DNA of 64,000 nucleotides from Polyangiales bacterium (lineage in GTDB: Bacteria; Myxococcota_A; Polyangia; Polyangiales; Ga0077539). The translations under genes and the position numbers were made by a program. The stretch covers positions 7,599 through 71,598 of the forward strand of contig JBILLV010000008.1 of NCBI GenBank assembly GCA_044375895.1, given 5' to 3'. Below are positions 44,139 through 53,535 of the stretch, one piece after another (position 1 is the stretch's first letter; each line of letters opens with the position of its first letter). Below the pieces are notes generated by a model. The model saw nothing but the letters and a program-made list of their open reading frames with translations. It was not told where the DNA came from and made no database searches.

Positions 44139-47100
44139 TCACCGCGCCGGCAGCGACACCACGTGGTCGATGTACACCCGCGGCGCGTTCTGCCCGGCGG
44201 CGCTCACGTCGAGCGCGAAGGCGACGTCGCCCGCGGGCACCTCCGCCACGAAGCGCGCCTCGTCCCACCGCGCGGTGAGCGTCATCGTCCCCACGTGGCG
44301 CCCGTTGAGCCGCACGAGCGTGCGCACCGGCGCCCCGTCGTCGCGCCGCGCGCGCACCACCAGCAGCCGCGGGCCCGGCTGGCGGATGTACAACTGCAAC
44401 GTCACCCGCCCCCCACTGGGCTTCGCCTCGCAGCTCCGCGCGCCGAGGTAGCGCCAGCCGAGCGTGTCCTCGTGCGGCCCGCACGCGTCGAAGCCCTGCG
44501 GCGTCACCTCGGCCAGCCGCGCGTCGAAGCCGTCGAGGTCGGGGCCCACCACGCCCAGCGCACCGAGCGCCTCCGCGGCGTAGCGCTCCGCCGTGCGCAG
44601 CCGGATGCGCGACGCGATGAGCGGCACCGCGCGCGGGTCGCCGAGGAGCCCCAGCGCGGCGATGGCGTTGGCCCGCGCGTCGTCGGTCGCGTCGGTGAGC
44701 GCCGTCCGCGCGAGGAGGTCGTAGAGCCGCGGGTCGCGCATCTGCCCGAGCGCCAGCACCACCCGGTACCGCACGTGGTCGTCGGGAAACACCGCCAGCA
44801 GCGGCTCGATCGCGGCCCCGTCGCCGAGGGCCCCGAGCGCGCGGATGGCGTCGAGCTGCTCGTTCTCGTCGCGCGACCAGAGGGCCTCGACGAGGGGCGT
44901 CACGGCGTCGTCTTCGGCGAGCCGCGCGAGGGCCATCGCGGCCTGACGGCGGAGCGACGGCGGGTCCATTGTGGCGAGGTCGCGGAGGAGCGGCGCCGCG
45001 CTGGAGTCCCCCGCGCGGCCGAGGGCGATGGCGACCGCGGCGCGCACCGCCCACGCGCGGTCGTCGAGGAGCGACTGGAGCGGCGCCACCAGGGCCGCGT
45101 CGCCGAAGCCCGCGAGCAGCTCCACGGCCTCGACGCGCTCGGCCTCCGGGGCGCGCGGGTCGTTGGCGATGGCCGCGAGGTCGGGGGCGGCGGAGCGGTC
45201 GCCGATGCGCCCGCGGGCGAGGGGGCCGCGCGCGCTGCCGCGGTCGGCGAGGGCCTCCAGCCAGGCGGCGAGGTCGGCGTGGAGGGCGGCGCGGCGGTCG
45301 GGCCAGGAGGCCGCGAGGTTGCGACGCTCGAGCGGGTCGGCGGTGAGGTCGTAGAGCTCGTCGACGCCGTACGCGAGGTCGGAGATGAGCTTCCACTGCC
45401 CGTGGCGCACCATCTTGCGGGTGTTGACCGCGGCGAACACCGGCGGCGTGTCGCTCCCGAGCGCGGGCGGGTGGAGCATCCACGGGCGGAGGTCGCGGCC
45501 GCGCATGGAGGGAGGGCGCGCGACGCCGGCGAGGCCCGCGAGCGTGGGGGCGACGTCGACGAGCTCGACGGGCGCGAGCACCCGCAGCGGCGCCACGCCC
45601 GGCACCACCACCACCAACGGCACGCGCACCTGCTCATCGTAGAGCGACGAGCCGTGGTAGACGCCGCCGTGCTCACCAAACTCCTCGCCGTGGTCGGCGG
45701 TGACGGCGATGACGAGGTCGCGCGCGAGGGTGGCGCGGGCGTGGGCGAGCATCCGCCCGATGGCCGCGTCGATGCGCGACACCGCGTGGTCGTACTGCGC
45801 GGCCGGCGTCGCCCCGCGGCCCTGGTAGGGCGCGTGCGCGTCGAAGAAGTGAACCCACAGGAGCCCCGGCGGCTCGCCGCGGCGCGCGAGGTCGTCGATC
45901 TCGGCCATCGCGGCGGTCGCCTGCGCGTCGGCGTCGCGGTCGGTGTGGACGGCGCGCGCGAAGCCGAAGTCGTCGTCGCGGTAGCCCGTCAGCCGCTCGG
46001 ACTCGGTGAAGAAGATGCCCTGGGTGTAGAGGGCCGCCGTGTGCCGCCCCGCCGCCCGGAGCGTGCGCGCCAGCGTCGGGAGCGGCTGCCGCTGCCCGAG
46101 TGGGAGCGTCTCGTGGAGGTACTCCCCGGTGTGCAGCGACGAGAGCGAGTAGCTGGAGTGCGGCGCCTGCGCGTACGCGTTGGCGAACACCACGCCCTGC
46201 GCCGCGAGGGCGTCGAGCGTCGGGGTGATCGATTGTCGCCGCACCGCGCGCCCGAGTCGGTCGCCGCGCATCGCGTCGACGGTGATGAGAATCACGTGCG
46301 CGCCGGGGAGCGACGGCCCCGCGGCGAGGTCGACGGGGGCGTTGCCGCGTTGGAGCGCGAGGCGGGCGCGGCGCAGCGCGACGGCGTCGAGGGGAACGGC
46401 CTCGGGGGCCCCGACGGTCACCGCGACCGCGAGCGCGGCGTGTCGCACGAAGGGGGCGTGCGGCCCGAAGGCCTCCGCGCGGACGTTGGGCCAGCGGTCG
46501 AGCGCGGCCCACGACCAGGGCGCCGCCACGCACGCGAGGAGCCCGAGCGCGAACGCGAGACGTCGCACCGTGGCGTGGCGCGCGCGGGCGATGGGGGTGA
46601 GCGCGACGAGGCCGAGCCCGAAGGCGAGCGCCGTCATCACCCCGAGCGCGGCGTGGAGGTACTCATAGAGCCGCGGGAGCGCGCGGTGGTCGAGGGCGTG
46701 GAGCGCGAGGCCCGCGAGGACGGCGGCGACCCCGACGGCGCGGCGGTGCCACGGGGGGCGCGACGCGAGGGCGGCGGCGGTCGCGCGGAGGCGCGTGAGG
46801 GTGAGGGCGACGAGGGTGACCAGCGCGACGGCGACGAGGGGCTGGAGCAGGCCCACCGCCGGGAGCCGACGCATGCGGCCGCCTTCGAAGAGCTTGAAGG
46901 CGACGGCGGCGAGGGGGAGCGCCACGAGGGCCGCGTGGCGGACGGTGGGGCGGCGCTCCCAGCGGGCGAGGAGGCGGTCGAGGGACGCGGCGACGAGGCT
47001 GACGAGCGCCCCCGTGGCGAGGCCGACGGCGAGGAAGACCGCGACGAGGCGGGGCTGGTCGGGGCCGGGCGCGAGCCAGAGGACGGTGCTCGCTACGTCG

Positions 47101-47171
47101 GCGAGGGCCGCGGCGACGGCGGCGAGGGCTCCAACGACGAGGGAGCGAGCGAGCACATCACGCGTGGTCAC
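44139..47171 (-). CDS. membrane-anchored sulfatase/alkaline-phosphatase-superfamily protein with C-terminal HEAT repeats
   Basis: About 7 N-terminal TM helices. Sulfatase-fold motifs are ILITVDAMRGDRLG, VHFFDAHAPY and VTADHGEEFGEHG. At least four HEAT-like units follow (AVRAAVAIALGRAGD, LRRQAAMALARLAED, LDAIRALGALGD, RYRVVLALGQM). Confidence 0.8.
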   Translation of the reverse strand: MTTRDVLARSLVVGALAAVAAALADVASTVLWLAPGPDQPRLVAVFLAVGLATGALVSLVAASLDRLLARWERRPTVRHAALVALPLAAVAFKLFEGGRMRRLPAVGLLQPLVAVALVTLVALTLTRLRATAAALASRPPWHRRAVGVAAVLAGLALHALDHRALPRLYEYLHAALGVMTALAFGLGLVALTPIARARHATVRRLAFALGLLACVAAPWSWAALDRWPNVRAEAFGPHAPFVRHAALAVAVTVGAPEAVPLDAVALRRARLALQRGNAPVDLAAGPSLPGAHVILITVDAMRGDRLGRAVRRQSITPTLDALAAQGVVFANAYAQAPHSSYSLSSLHTGEYLHETLPLGQRQPLPTLARTLRAAGRHTAALYTQGIFFTESERLTGYRDDDFGFARAVHTDRDADAQATAAMAEIDDLARRGEPPGLLWVHFFDAHAPYQGRGATPAAQYDHAVSRIDAAIGRMLAHARATLARDLVIAVTADHGEEFGEHGGVYHGSSLYDEQVRVPLVVVVPGVAPLRVLAPVELVDVAPTLAGLAGVARPPSMRGRDLRPWMLHPPALGSDTPPVFAAVNTRKMVRHGQWKLISDLAYGVDELYDLTADPLERRNLAASWPDRRAALHADLAAWLEALADRGSARGPLARGRIGDRSAAPDLAAIANDPRAPEAERVEAVELLAGFGDAALVAPLQSLLDDRAWAVRAAVAIALGRAGDSSAAPLLRDLATMDPPSLRRQAAMALARLAEDDAVTPLVEALWSRDENEQLDAIRALGALGDGAAIEPLLAVFPDDHVRYRVVLALGQMRDPRLYDLLARTALTDATDDARANAIAALGLLGDPRAVPLIASRIRLRTAERYAAEALGALGVVGPDLDGFDARLAEVTPQGFDACGPHEDTLGWRYLGARSCEAKPSGGRVTLQLYIRQPGPRLLVVRARRDDGAPVRTLVRLNGRHVGTMTLTARWDEARFVAEVPAGDVAFALDVSAAGQNAPRVYIDHVVSLPAR

Positions 47172-47246
47172 GGGGAGGGGTCGAACGTCTTATCCCCCGC
47201 TGCGGGCGTCGAAGACACCTTTTTGACAGCGAGGGACGAGGGGGGG

Positions 47247-47318
47247 AGGTGCGGATGGGATTTGAACCCACGTATAACGGTTTTGCAAACCGTGGCCTCG
47301 CCTCTTGGCTACCGCACC
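47247..47318 (-). tRNA. tRNA-Cys (anticodon GCA)
   Basis: The reverse complement is GGTGCGGTAGCCAAGAGGCGAGGCCACGGTTTGCAAAACCGTTATACGTGGGTTCAAATCCCATCCGCACCT. The acceptor pairs GGTGCGG/CCGCACC. The anticodon stem is ACGGT/ACCGT with loop TTGCAAA. The T-loop is GTTCAAATC. CCA is not encoded (CCC follows). Confidence 0.9.
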
Positions 47319-47458
47319 AGACACGTTCGCTGGAAACGAACGGGCGCAAGCTATAGCGCGGAGCTTCCCAAGGTGTCAACCACGTCGCGGGAGTGGCCAC
47401 GAGGGGGCCGGTGGGGCGAGAATCCGCGCCGTCCGACGGAAGGAACGACCCAGTGGTG

Positions 47459-49102
47459 ATGACGCGCGCGACGTGGATGGCTTCGCTTGGTGTGGTGGCG
47501 GCGTTCGGCTGCTCGAACAGCCCGACGCGGGTGGTGGACGACGACGCGCCGGGCGTCGACAGCCTCGTGGTGGACGCCTCGCGCGACGCGGTGGTGCTCG
47601 ACCGGGGCGCCGACGCGAAGCCCACGCCCGATCGGCCCGAGCCCGTTCGTACGGTGCGCACGGTCGTCGCGATGGGTGCGCCCGCCGACGCGCCGATGCG
47701 CTTCGGGGGAGCGGAGAGCACCACGCGCGCGCCGACCTGGGTCTACCCCGAGGATCGCACCATCGTCCCGCCCAACCTCTCGGGCTTCGAGCTCCACTAC
47801 GTGCCGGGTGAAGGCAACGACCTGTTCGAAGTGTCGTTCACGGGCGACGCGGTGATCGTGAAGGTCTACGCGACGTGCACGGTCGTGGGGGGCGGCTGCG
47901 CGCTCCCGCTCCCGCAGGAGACCTTCGACCTCATCGCCAGCGCGGGGCGCTCGGGGGGCGGCGTGCGCATGGTGATCCGCGGGACGTCGCGCGCCACCAT
48001 GGGCGGACCGGTGGCGCGTTCGGCGGAGCGCTTCCTCGGCTTCACGCAGACCGACCTCCGCGGCGGCGTGTACTACTGGGCGGCGGGGAGCAGCACGATC
48101 GTGCGCTACGAGTTCGGCCGGACGGACGCGCGGCCCGAGGTGTTTCTCCGCCCCGACGCCGACCTGCCGCTGTGCGTCGGGTGCCACGCGCTCTCGCGCG
48201 ACGGGCGGCGCATGGTGGCCGGCTCGCTCATCCCGGGGCCCGCGCGGGCGCGCATCGTCGACGTGGCGACGCGCGAGCGGCCGGGGATGCCGATGGCGCT
48301 CAACTTCGGGTCGTTCTCGCCCGACAACCGGCGCTTCCTCGCGTCAGACGGGATGCGCCTCGCGCTCTACGACGGCGACACGGGGGCGGCCATCGGGGGC
48401 GTGCCGGCGGGCTCGGCGGGCTCGCACCCCGACTGGTCTCCCAACGGCCTCACGGCGGTGTACTCCCGCTCGCGCGCGACGGTTCCCTTCCCCATCGGGA
48501 CGCCCGGCCACGACGGCCCCTCCGACCTCATGGTGATGAACTGGAACGTCAGCACCTTCGGCCCCTCGCGCGTCCTCGTCGAGTCGCAGGGCGAGAACAA
48601 CTACTACCCGAGCTACGCGCCGGACGGGCAGTGGGTGCTCTTCAACCGCGCGCGCTCCAACTCCAACAACGCGCCCGACGCGTCGCTCTGGGCCGTGCGC
48701 GCGGACGGGTCGGGCATGCCCATCGCGCTCACCAACGCCAACGGGCGCGACGCCACCTGGGGCAACTCGTGGCCCAAGTGGACCCCCTTCGTCGAGCGCT
48801 ACGTCGGCGAGCTCGACGAGCCGCTCCTCTGGATCACCTTCTCCTCGACGCGCGACTACGGGCTCCGTCTGCGTCAGGGCTCGATGCGCCGCACGCAGCT
48901 CTGGATGGCGGCCTTCCGCCCCCGCGGCGCCGCCCTCGACCCGAGCTCCCCGGCCTTCTGGCTCCCCTTCCAGAACCTCGAAGACTCCAACCACATCGCC
49001 CAGTGGGTGGAGGCCGTCCGTCGCATGGACTGCACGATGGACCGCAACTGCCCCGCGGGTGAGACCTGCGTCAACGGCCGCTGCGCCGGCGCCCCGCCGT
49101 GA
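47459..49102 (+). CDS. TolB-like beta-propeller lipoprotein
   Basis: ATG at 47459 gives MTRATWMASLGVVAAFGC. Propeller-type blades are FSPDNRRFLASDG, HPDWSPNGLTAVYS, YYPSYAPDGQWVLFNR and LWAVRADGSG. The C-terminal Cys knot is CTMDRNCPAGETCVNGRC. Confidence 0.75.
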   Translation: MTRATWMASLGVVAAFGCSNSPTRVVDDDAPGVDSLVVDASRDAVVLDRGADAKPTPDRPEPVRTVRTVVAMGAPADAPMRFGGAESTTRAPTWVYPEDRTIVPPNLSGFELHYVPGEGNDLFEVSFTGDAVIVKVYATCTVVGGGCALPLPQETFDLIASAGRSGGGVRMVIRGTSRATMGGPVARSAERFLGFTQTDLRGGVYYWAAGSSTIVRYEFGRTDARPEVFLRPDADLPLCVGCHALSRDGRRMVAGSLIPGPARARIVDVATRERPGMPMALNFGSFSPDNRRFLASDGMRLALYDGDTGAAIGGVPAGSAGSHPDWSPNGLTAVYSRSRATVPFPIGTPGHDGPSDLMVMNWNVSTFGPSRVLVESQGENNYYPSYAPDGQWVLFNRARSNSNNAPDASLWAVRADGSGMPIALTNANGRDATWGNSWPKWTPFVERYVGELDEPLLWITFSSTRDYGLRLRQGSMRRTQLWMAAFRPRGAALDPSSPAFWLPFQNLEDSNHIAQWVEAVRRMDCTMDRNCPAGETCVNGRCAGAPP

Positions 49103-49893
49103 CACCGCCACCCGAGGGCACCCTCGAGCGCTGGGCCTGGGACTACCTCCACGCCGACGCGCTCGCCCACAAGCTCGCGCCGCCGCCCGCGCCCACCGCG
49201 ACGGAAGCCGAAGCGACGGCGCGTCGGGTGGTCGCGCCGTCACGCCCGGGGCTCACGGTGGCGACGCGCGCTGAGCGCTCACCGTCGGCGGGCGGGCTGC
49301 GCAACACGTCCGAGCGCGCGCGGCTGTTTCATACGTTCATCCACCACGAGCTGCAGGCGGCGGAGCTGATGGCGTGGGCGATCCTCGCGTTCCCCGACGC
49401 GCCGCCCGCGTTTCGGCGTGGGCTGGTGACGGTGTTCGAAGACGAGGTTCGGCACATGGCGCTCTACGCCGAGCACATGGAGGCGCTCGGGCACGCCGTG
49501 GGTGCCTGGCCGGTGCGCGACTGGTTCTGGCAGAGGGTTCCTGCGGCGCCGACGGCGGCCCACTTCGTCGCGGCGATGGGGATGGGCTTCGAAGGGGCCA
49601 ACCTCGATCACTGCGTGCGCTTCGCGTCGCGCCTCCGCGCCGCGGGGGACGACGAAGCGGCGAGGCGCGTCGAGCAGGTGGGCGAAGAGGAGCTCCCGCA
49701 CGTCCGCTTCGGGCTCCACTGGTTTCGCCGCTTCACGGGGGGAGCGGACTTCGATGCGTGGGCCGCGCACCTGCCGCCGCCGCTGAGCCCGTGGCTGATG
49801 AAGGGCCCGTCGCTCGACCGCGCCGCGCGCCGTCGGGCGGGCTTCGACGAGGGCTTCCTCGACGCGCTGGAAGCGTTCGCGTTTGTCCCTTGA
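49099..49893 (+). CDS. DUF455-type ferritin-like (di-iron) domain protein
   Basis: GTG start overlaps the upstream stop (GTGA). FIHHELQAAELMAWAIL...FEDEVRHMALYAEHMEALG...FEGANLDH...EELPHVRFG gives E/ExxH-type ligand spacing typical of DUF455. Confidence 0.7.
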   Translation: MTPPPEGTLERWAWDYLHADALAHKLAPPPAPTATEAEATARRVVAPSRPGLTVATRAERSPSAGGLRNTSERARLFHTFIHHELQAAELMAWAILAFPDAPPAFRRGLVTVFEDEVRHMALYAEHMEALGHAVGAWPVRDWFWQRVPAAPTAAHFVAAMGMGFEGANLDHCVRFASRLRAAGDDEAARRVEQVGEEELPHVRFGLHWFRRFTGGADFDAWAAHLPPPLSPWLMKGPSLDRAARRRAGFDEGFLDALEAFAFVP

Positions 49894-49940
49894 GTGAGAC
49901 GGGAGGCGGTGCGTCGCACCCGCCCCTCGCCGCGAGAGTC

Positions 49941-50828
49941 TCAGCCCGCGGTGGGCTTCGTCCCCGCGAGCAGCGCGCGCAGCCGGGCGAGCTCGGCCTC
50001 GGCGGCGTTCGCGCGCGCCTCGGCGGCGTCCTTCGCAGCCTCGGCGGCGTCCTTCGCGGCTTCGGCGGCGTCCTTCGCGGCCTCGGCCTCCGCGCGGGCC
50101 TTCGCCTCGACCGCCGCTCGTTCCTGCGCATCCTGCCGTTGCATCTGCTCGTCGTTGAGCTCGTCGCGGAGGCGCTCGGCAATCTCTTCTCGGTCGAGCA
50201 GGGGCGAGCTGCCGAGGTAGAGGCGGACGCGGTCGCCCTCGAGCTTCACATCGAGCCCGAGCACCTCCGAGCGGATGCGCCCGAGCTGCGGGACGAGCGC
50301 GCTGTAGAGGCGGATGGCCGGGTCGCCCAGGCGCCAGCCGTAGAGCCGACGGTGCCGCAGGTCGGCGAGGAAATACTCGCGGATGCCGAGCTGCGCGTAG
50401 CGGGTGACGTTGTTCTTCAGGTCCTTCTCGCGGTGACCCTCGTCCAAGACCTCCAGCACGAACTCCGGCGCCCGCTCCTCCAGCGTCACCACCCAGCTCC
50501 TGCGCGCGACCTGGTCCATCCCCGTCACGACGAACACGTCGGGCTGGATGCGCCGCTCGCCGGGGAAGTACACCGCCAGCAGGCCCCCGACGAACATCCG
50601 ACGCCCCGTCGACTCGCAGTGCTCCCGCAGCGCGCCCTCGAAGCCGTCGCGCGCCTCCTGGTGCCTCTGCCCGTCCATCGTCCCCAGCTCCTCGTTCGGG
50701 ATGTACGTCGGAAGCGCCGCCGCCGCGCGCACGCGCTCAGCGGGGCTCATCGCGTCCCACTCCGTCTGCGTCGGCGCGCGCGGGCGGGCGTCGGGCTCCT
50801 CGCTCAGGGGTGGCGTCGAGATCGTCAT
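49941..50828 (-). CDS. Uma2-family (DUF820) PD-(D/E)xK endonuclease-like protein with C-terminal coiled coil
   Basis: The core is RIQPDVFVV...APEFVLEVLDEGHREKDLKNNVTRYAQLGIREYFLAD (D...ExK). The C-terminal Ala/Glu/Lys coiled coil contains a 3x repeat. Confidence 0.8.
   Translation of the reverse strand: MTISTPPLSEEPDARPRAPTQTEWDAMSPAERVRAAAALPTYIPNEELGTMDGQRHQEARDGFEGALREHCESTGRRMFVGGLLAVYFPGERRIQPDVFVVTGMDQVARRSWVVTLEERAPEFVLEVLDEGHREKDLKNNVTRYAQLGIREYFLADLRHRRLYGWRLGDPAIRLYSALVPQLGRIRSEVLGLDVKLEGDRVRLYLGSSPLLDREEIAERLRDELNDEQMQRQDAQERAAVEAKARAEAEAAKDAAEAAKDAAEAAKDAAEARANAAEAELARLRALLAGTKPTAG
50020..50082. repeat. 21-nt tandem repeat x3 (TCGGCGGCGTCCTTCGCRGCY), in frame, encoding (EAAKDAA)3 on the minus strand
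   Basis: Copies at 50020, 50041 and 50062, inside the Uma2-family CDS. Confidence 0.9.
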
Positions 50829-51005
50829 CGCGGGGAGAGACTACCGCAGTCCTCGCGCCCCGAACAGCGGACAGCGCTGCGCCGGAGTTGTAGGAAGGTG
50901 CCGTTGCGGCTCTGGTGGAAGGTCATGGTGACGAGGCCGTCACGCAGGGTCAGGGTGCCGTGGCGCTCGGAGAGCGAGGGCGAGGTCGGCTTGCGGCCAG
51001 CGCGC

Positions 51006-51725
51006 TCAGGCCGCGGGCATGCGGAAGGTCGTGAGGTCGACCCGCACGCGGATCTCGTTGGACACCTTCAGCCGCAGCGGGGCCATGATCGACACGCCGT
51101 AGTCCGACAGGTTGACGCGAAACTCCCCCTGCACGCGCAGCATGTCGGCGTTGATGCCAAACTGGTCCATCCCCGCGTGCTCGGTGGCGCTCAGCGGGAT
51201 GAGCCGCACCGTCACGGGAACCGTCACGTCGTGCGTCTGCCCGTGCAGCGTGAAGCGCCCACGCACGTTGCCGCGCGCCGGGGCGTTGGCCGTGATGGGG
51301 CGGTTGAGCGTGGTGCTCACCAGCTCCAGGGTGATGTCGGGGTTGCGCGCGGCGTCGAGCCAGTTGGGGCTGCGCAGGTGCTCGTCGCGCATGTCGCTGC
51401 CCGTGCGAATCGAGGTAGTGAGCACGGCGACGCGGCCGGTGAGCTGGCGCGTGGGGTTGGCGAGGTCGACGGTGAAATTCCCGCTGACGTTGGTGCTGAC
51501 GCCGTCGATGGTCTCCAGTGGCGCGTCGGAGGTGACGTTGACGCGCGAGATGCCACCCGGGCGGACTTCGAAGCGCTGCACGCCCGTGATCGCCGCGGCA
51601 GGAGCGGCGGCGGGGCGCGCGGCCGGCGGGGCGGCGGGCGTGCGGGTCTGCGAGGAGGCGACGCCGGAGGCGAGGGCCAGCGCGGCGAGGGTCGAGAGGG
51701 CGAAGGTGCGGACGTTGAGCTTCAT
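51006..51725 (-). CDS. YceI-family periplasmic (polyisoprenoid-binding-like) protein
   Basis: Signal is [14 protein letters not shown]. YceI motifs are [29 protein letters not shown] and [17 protein letters not shown]. Confidence 0.85.
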   Translation of the reverse strand: MKLNVRTFALSTLAALALASGVASSQTRTPAAPPAARPAAAPAAAITGVQRFEVRPGGISRVNVTSDAPLETIDGVSTNVSGNFTVDLANPTRQLTGRVAVLTTSIRTGSDMRDEHLRSPNWLDAARNPDITLELVSTTLNRPITANAPARGNVRGRFTLHGQTHDVTVPVTVRLIPLSATEHAGMDQFGINADMLRVQGEFRVNLSDYGVSIMAPLRLKVSNEIRVRVDLTTFRMPAA

Positions 51726-51781
51726 CAGAGACTCCTTGAGCGGTCAGCGCCGCGAAACCCCGCGGCGTGATTCCCCCCAGC

Positions 51782-51796
51782 GCAACAAGCGGGCCG
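51782..51796 (-). promoter_or_regulatory. candidate sigma-54 promoter (GGCCCG-N4-TTGC) upstream of the YceI-family gene
   Basis: The minus strand reads cGGCCCGcttgTTGCg. GG and GC have the exact -24/-12 spacing of TGGCACG-N4-TTGC. It lies 57 nt upstream of the ATG at 51725 and in the divergent region shared with a sigma-54 activator gene. Confidence 0.35.
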
Positions 51797-51894
51797 AACC
51801 GGAACACGGGCGTTTCACCCGCACGAATCGCCCCCACGCGATCGAAGTGATAGAAGCGCCCGATCGTTTTGATCGCCCACCCGACGAGCCCCCG

Positions 51895-53535
51895 ATGCGC
51901 CCCAGTGACCTCGACCTCCGCGAGATCCTCGACCTCCCGCCCACCGGCGGGGTGATCCGCTTCGCCGGTCAGCGCGTGCTGCTGATGGACGCCGTGGCGA
52001 TGGGGCTCCTCCGTCGTGAGCTCATGCAGAGCCTCGGCGAGACCGCCACCCGCGCGGTGCTCACCCGCTTCGGTTTTGCCCACGGGTGGCGCACCGCGGA
52101 GGCGATGCGCGACGCGCTCCCCTGGGACGACGCCCGCGACTGGCGCATCGCCGGCGGGCGCATCCACATGCTCCAGGGGCAGGTGGTGTACGAGCCCGTG
52201 CAGGTGGACGGCGTCCACTCGGAGGGCGGCGCCTTCGCGGAGGCCGTGTGGCGCGAGAGCTACGAGGCGCAGCAGCACCTGCTCCTGTTTGGCCGCGGCG
52301 ACGCGCCCGTGTGCTGGGCGGTGACGGCCTTCGCCAGCGGGTACCTGTCGTACTGCAACGGGCGCACGATCTACTGCGTCGAGCGCGAGTGCGTGGGGCG
52401 CGGCGACGCGCATTGTCGCCTGGAGGGGAGGCCCGTCGAGGAGTGGGGCGACGCCGCGGGCGACGCGCTGACCTTCTTCCGCGATGAGTGCCTCAACGCC
52501 CACCTCGCCCACGTCACCGAGGCGCTCCGCCACACCGAGCGCGAGCTCCACGCGCGGCGCCGCGAGCTCGCGGAGACGCGTCCCGAGGAGGAGGCCGTGC
52601 CGGGGCTGGTGGCGCGCTCCGAGGCGATGCGCCGGGTGGTCGACCTCGCCCGCCGGGTGGCCCCCGTCGACGCGACGGTTCTCATCACGGGCGAGAGCGG
52701 CGTGGGCAAGGAGCGCGTCGCCCGGCTCGTCCACGAGGAGTCACCGCGGGCGGCTCACCCCTTCGTGGCGGTCAACTGCGGGGCCCTCACCGAGACGCTG
52801 TTGGAGAGCGAGCTCTTCGGGCACGCGAAGGGGGCGTTCACCGGCGCGACGAGCGACCGGGCGGGGCTCTTCGAAGCGGCCAACGGGGGGACGCTGCTGC
52901 TCGACGAGGTGGGTGAGCTCACGCCCGCGACGCAGGTTCGGCTGCTGCGCGTGCTGCAAGAGCGCGAGGTGCGGCGCGTGGGCGAGGCGAAGGCGCGGCG
53001 GGTCGACGTGCGCGTGATCGCGGCGACGCACCGCAACCTCGCCGACGAGGTGGCCGCGGGGCGCTTCCGTCAAGACCTCTACTACCGCCTCCGCGTGGTG
53101 GAGGTCGCGATCCCCCCGCTGCGCGAGCGCCGGGCGGACGTTCTCCCCATCGCGCGGGCCTTTCTCCAGCGCACCGCGGCGCGCTTCAAGAGCGCCGTGC
53201 GGGGCCTCTCGCCCGAGGCCGCCGACCAGCTCCTGCGCTACCCGTGGCCCGGCAACGTCCGCGAGCTCGAGAACGTCATCGAGCGCGCCCTCGTCCTCGC
53301 CGACGGCGACCGCGTGGCGCTGCGCGATCTGCCCGAGGAGGTGCGCGCGGTGCGGATGCCCGCCCCCGCTCCCGTCGGCGACGTGCGGCCCATCGAGCAG
53401 GTGGAGCGGGAGTACATCCTCGCGGCCCTCGACCTCAACGGCGGCAACCAGGCCCGCACCGCGGCGCAGCTCGGCATCGGCACCGCCACGCTCTACCGCA
53501 AGCTCCGTCGCTACGAGGACGACGCCCGGCGCTGA
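51895..53535 (+). CDS. sigma-54-dependent transcriptional activator with XylR-N/V4R sensor domain (NtrC/XylR class)
   Basis: ATG at 51895. The V4R-like region is [17 protein letters not shown]...[14 protein letters not shown]. The AAA+ core has [27 protein letters not shown] (GAFTGA) and LLLDEVGEL. The Fis HTH is [18 protein letters not shown]. Confidence 0.9.
   Translation: MRPSDLDLREILDLPPTGGVIRFAGQRVLLMDAVAMGLLRRELMQSLGETATRAVLTRFGFAHGWRTAEAMRDALPWDDARDWRIAGGRIHMLQGQVVYEPVQVDGVHSEGGAFAEAVWRESYEAQQHLLLFGRGDAPVCWAVTAFASGYLSYCNGRTIYCVERECVGRGDAHCRLEGRPVEEWGDAAGDALTFFRDECLNAHLAHVTEALRHTERELHARRRELAETRPEEEAVPGLVARSEAMRRVVDLARRVAPVDATVLITGESGVGKERVARLVHEESPRAAHPFVAVNCGALTETLLESELFGHAKGAFTGATSDRAGLFEAANGGTLLLDEVGELTPATQVRLLRVLQEREVRRVGEAKARRVDVRVIAATHRNLADEVAAGRFRQDLYYRLRVVEVAIPPLRERRADVLPIARAFLQRTAARFKSAVRGLSPEAADQLLRYPWPGNVRELENVIERALVLADGDRVALRDLPEEVRAVRMPAPAPVGDVRPIEQVEREYILAALDLNGGNQARTAAQLGIGTATLYRKLRRYEDDARR

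Noticed and set aside
38000-47318. Prophage or integrative element anchored at tRNA-Cys
   Set aside because: No integrase, excisionase, transposase or phage structural genes are present, and I found no duplicated tRNA 3' end by eye. Only an island hypothesis is retained, as a low-interest finding.
44163-47459. 1098-aa plus-strand ORF antisense to the sulfatase-HEAT gene, and ORF 43972-45483 (-)
   Set aside because: Extreme Arg/Glu/Gly/Ala composition. The plus-strand ORF would also read through the tRNA-Cys gene. The minus-strand 1010-aa frame has TM helices and sulfatase motifs.
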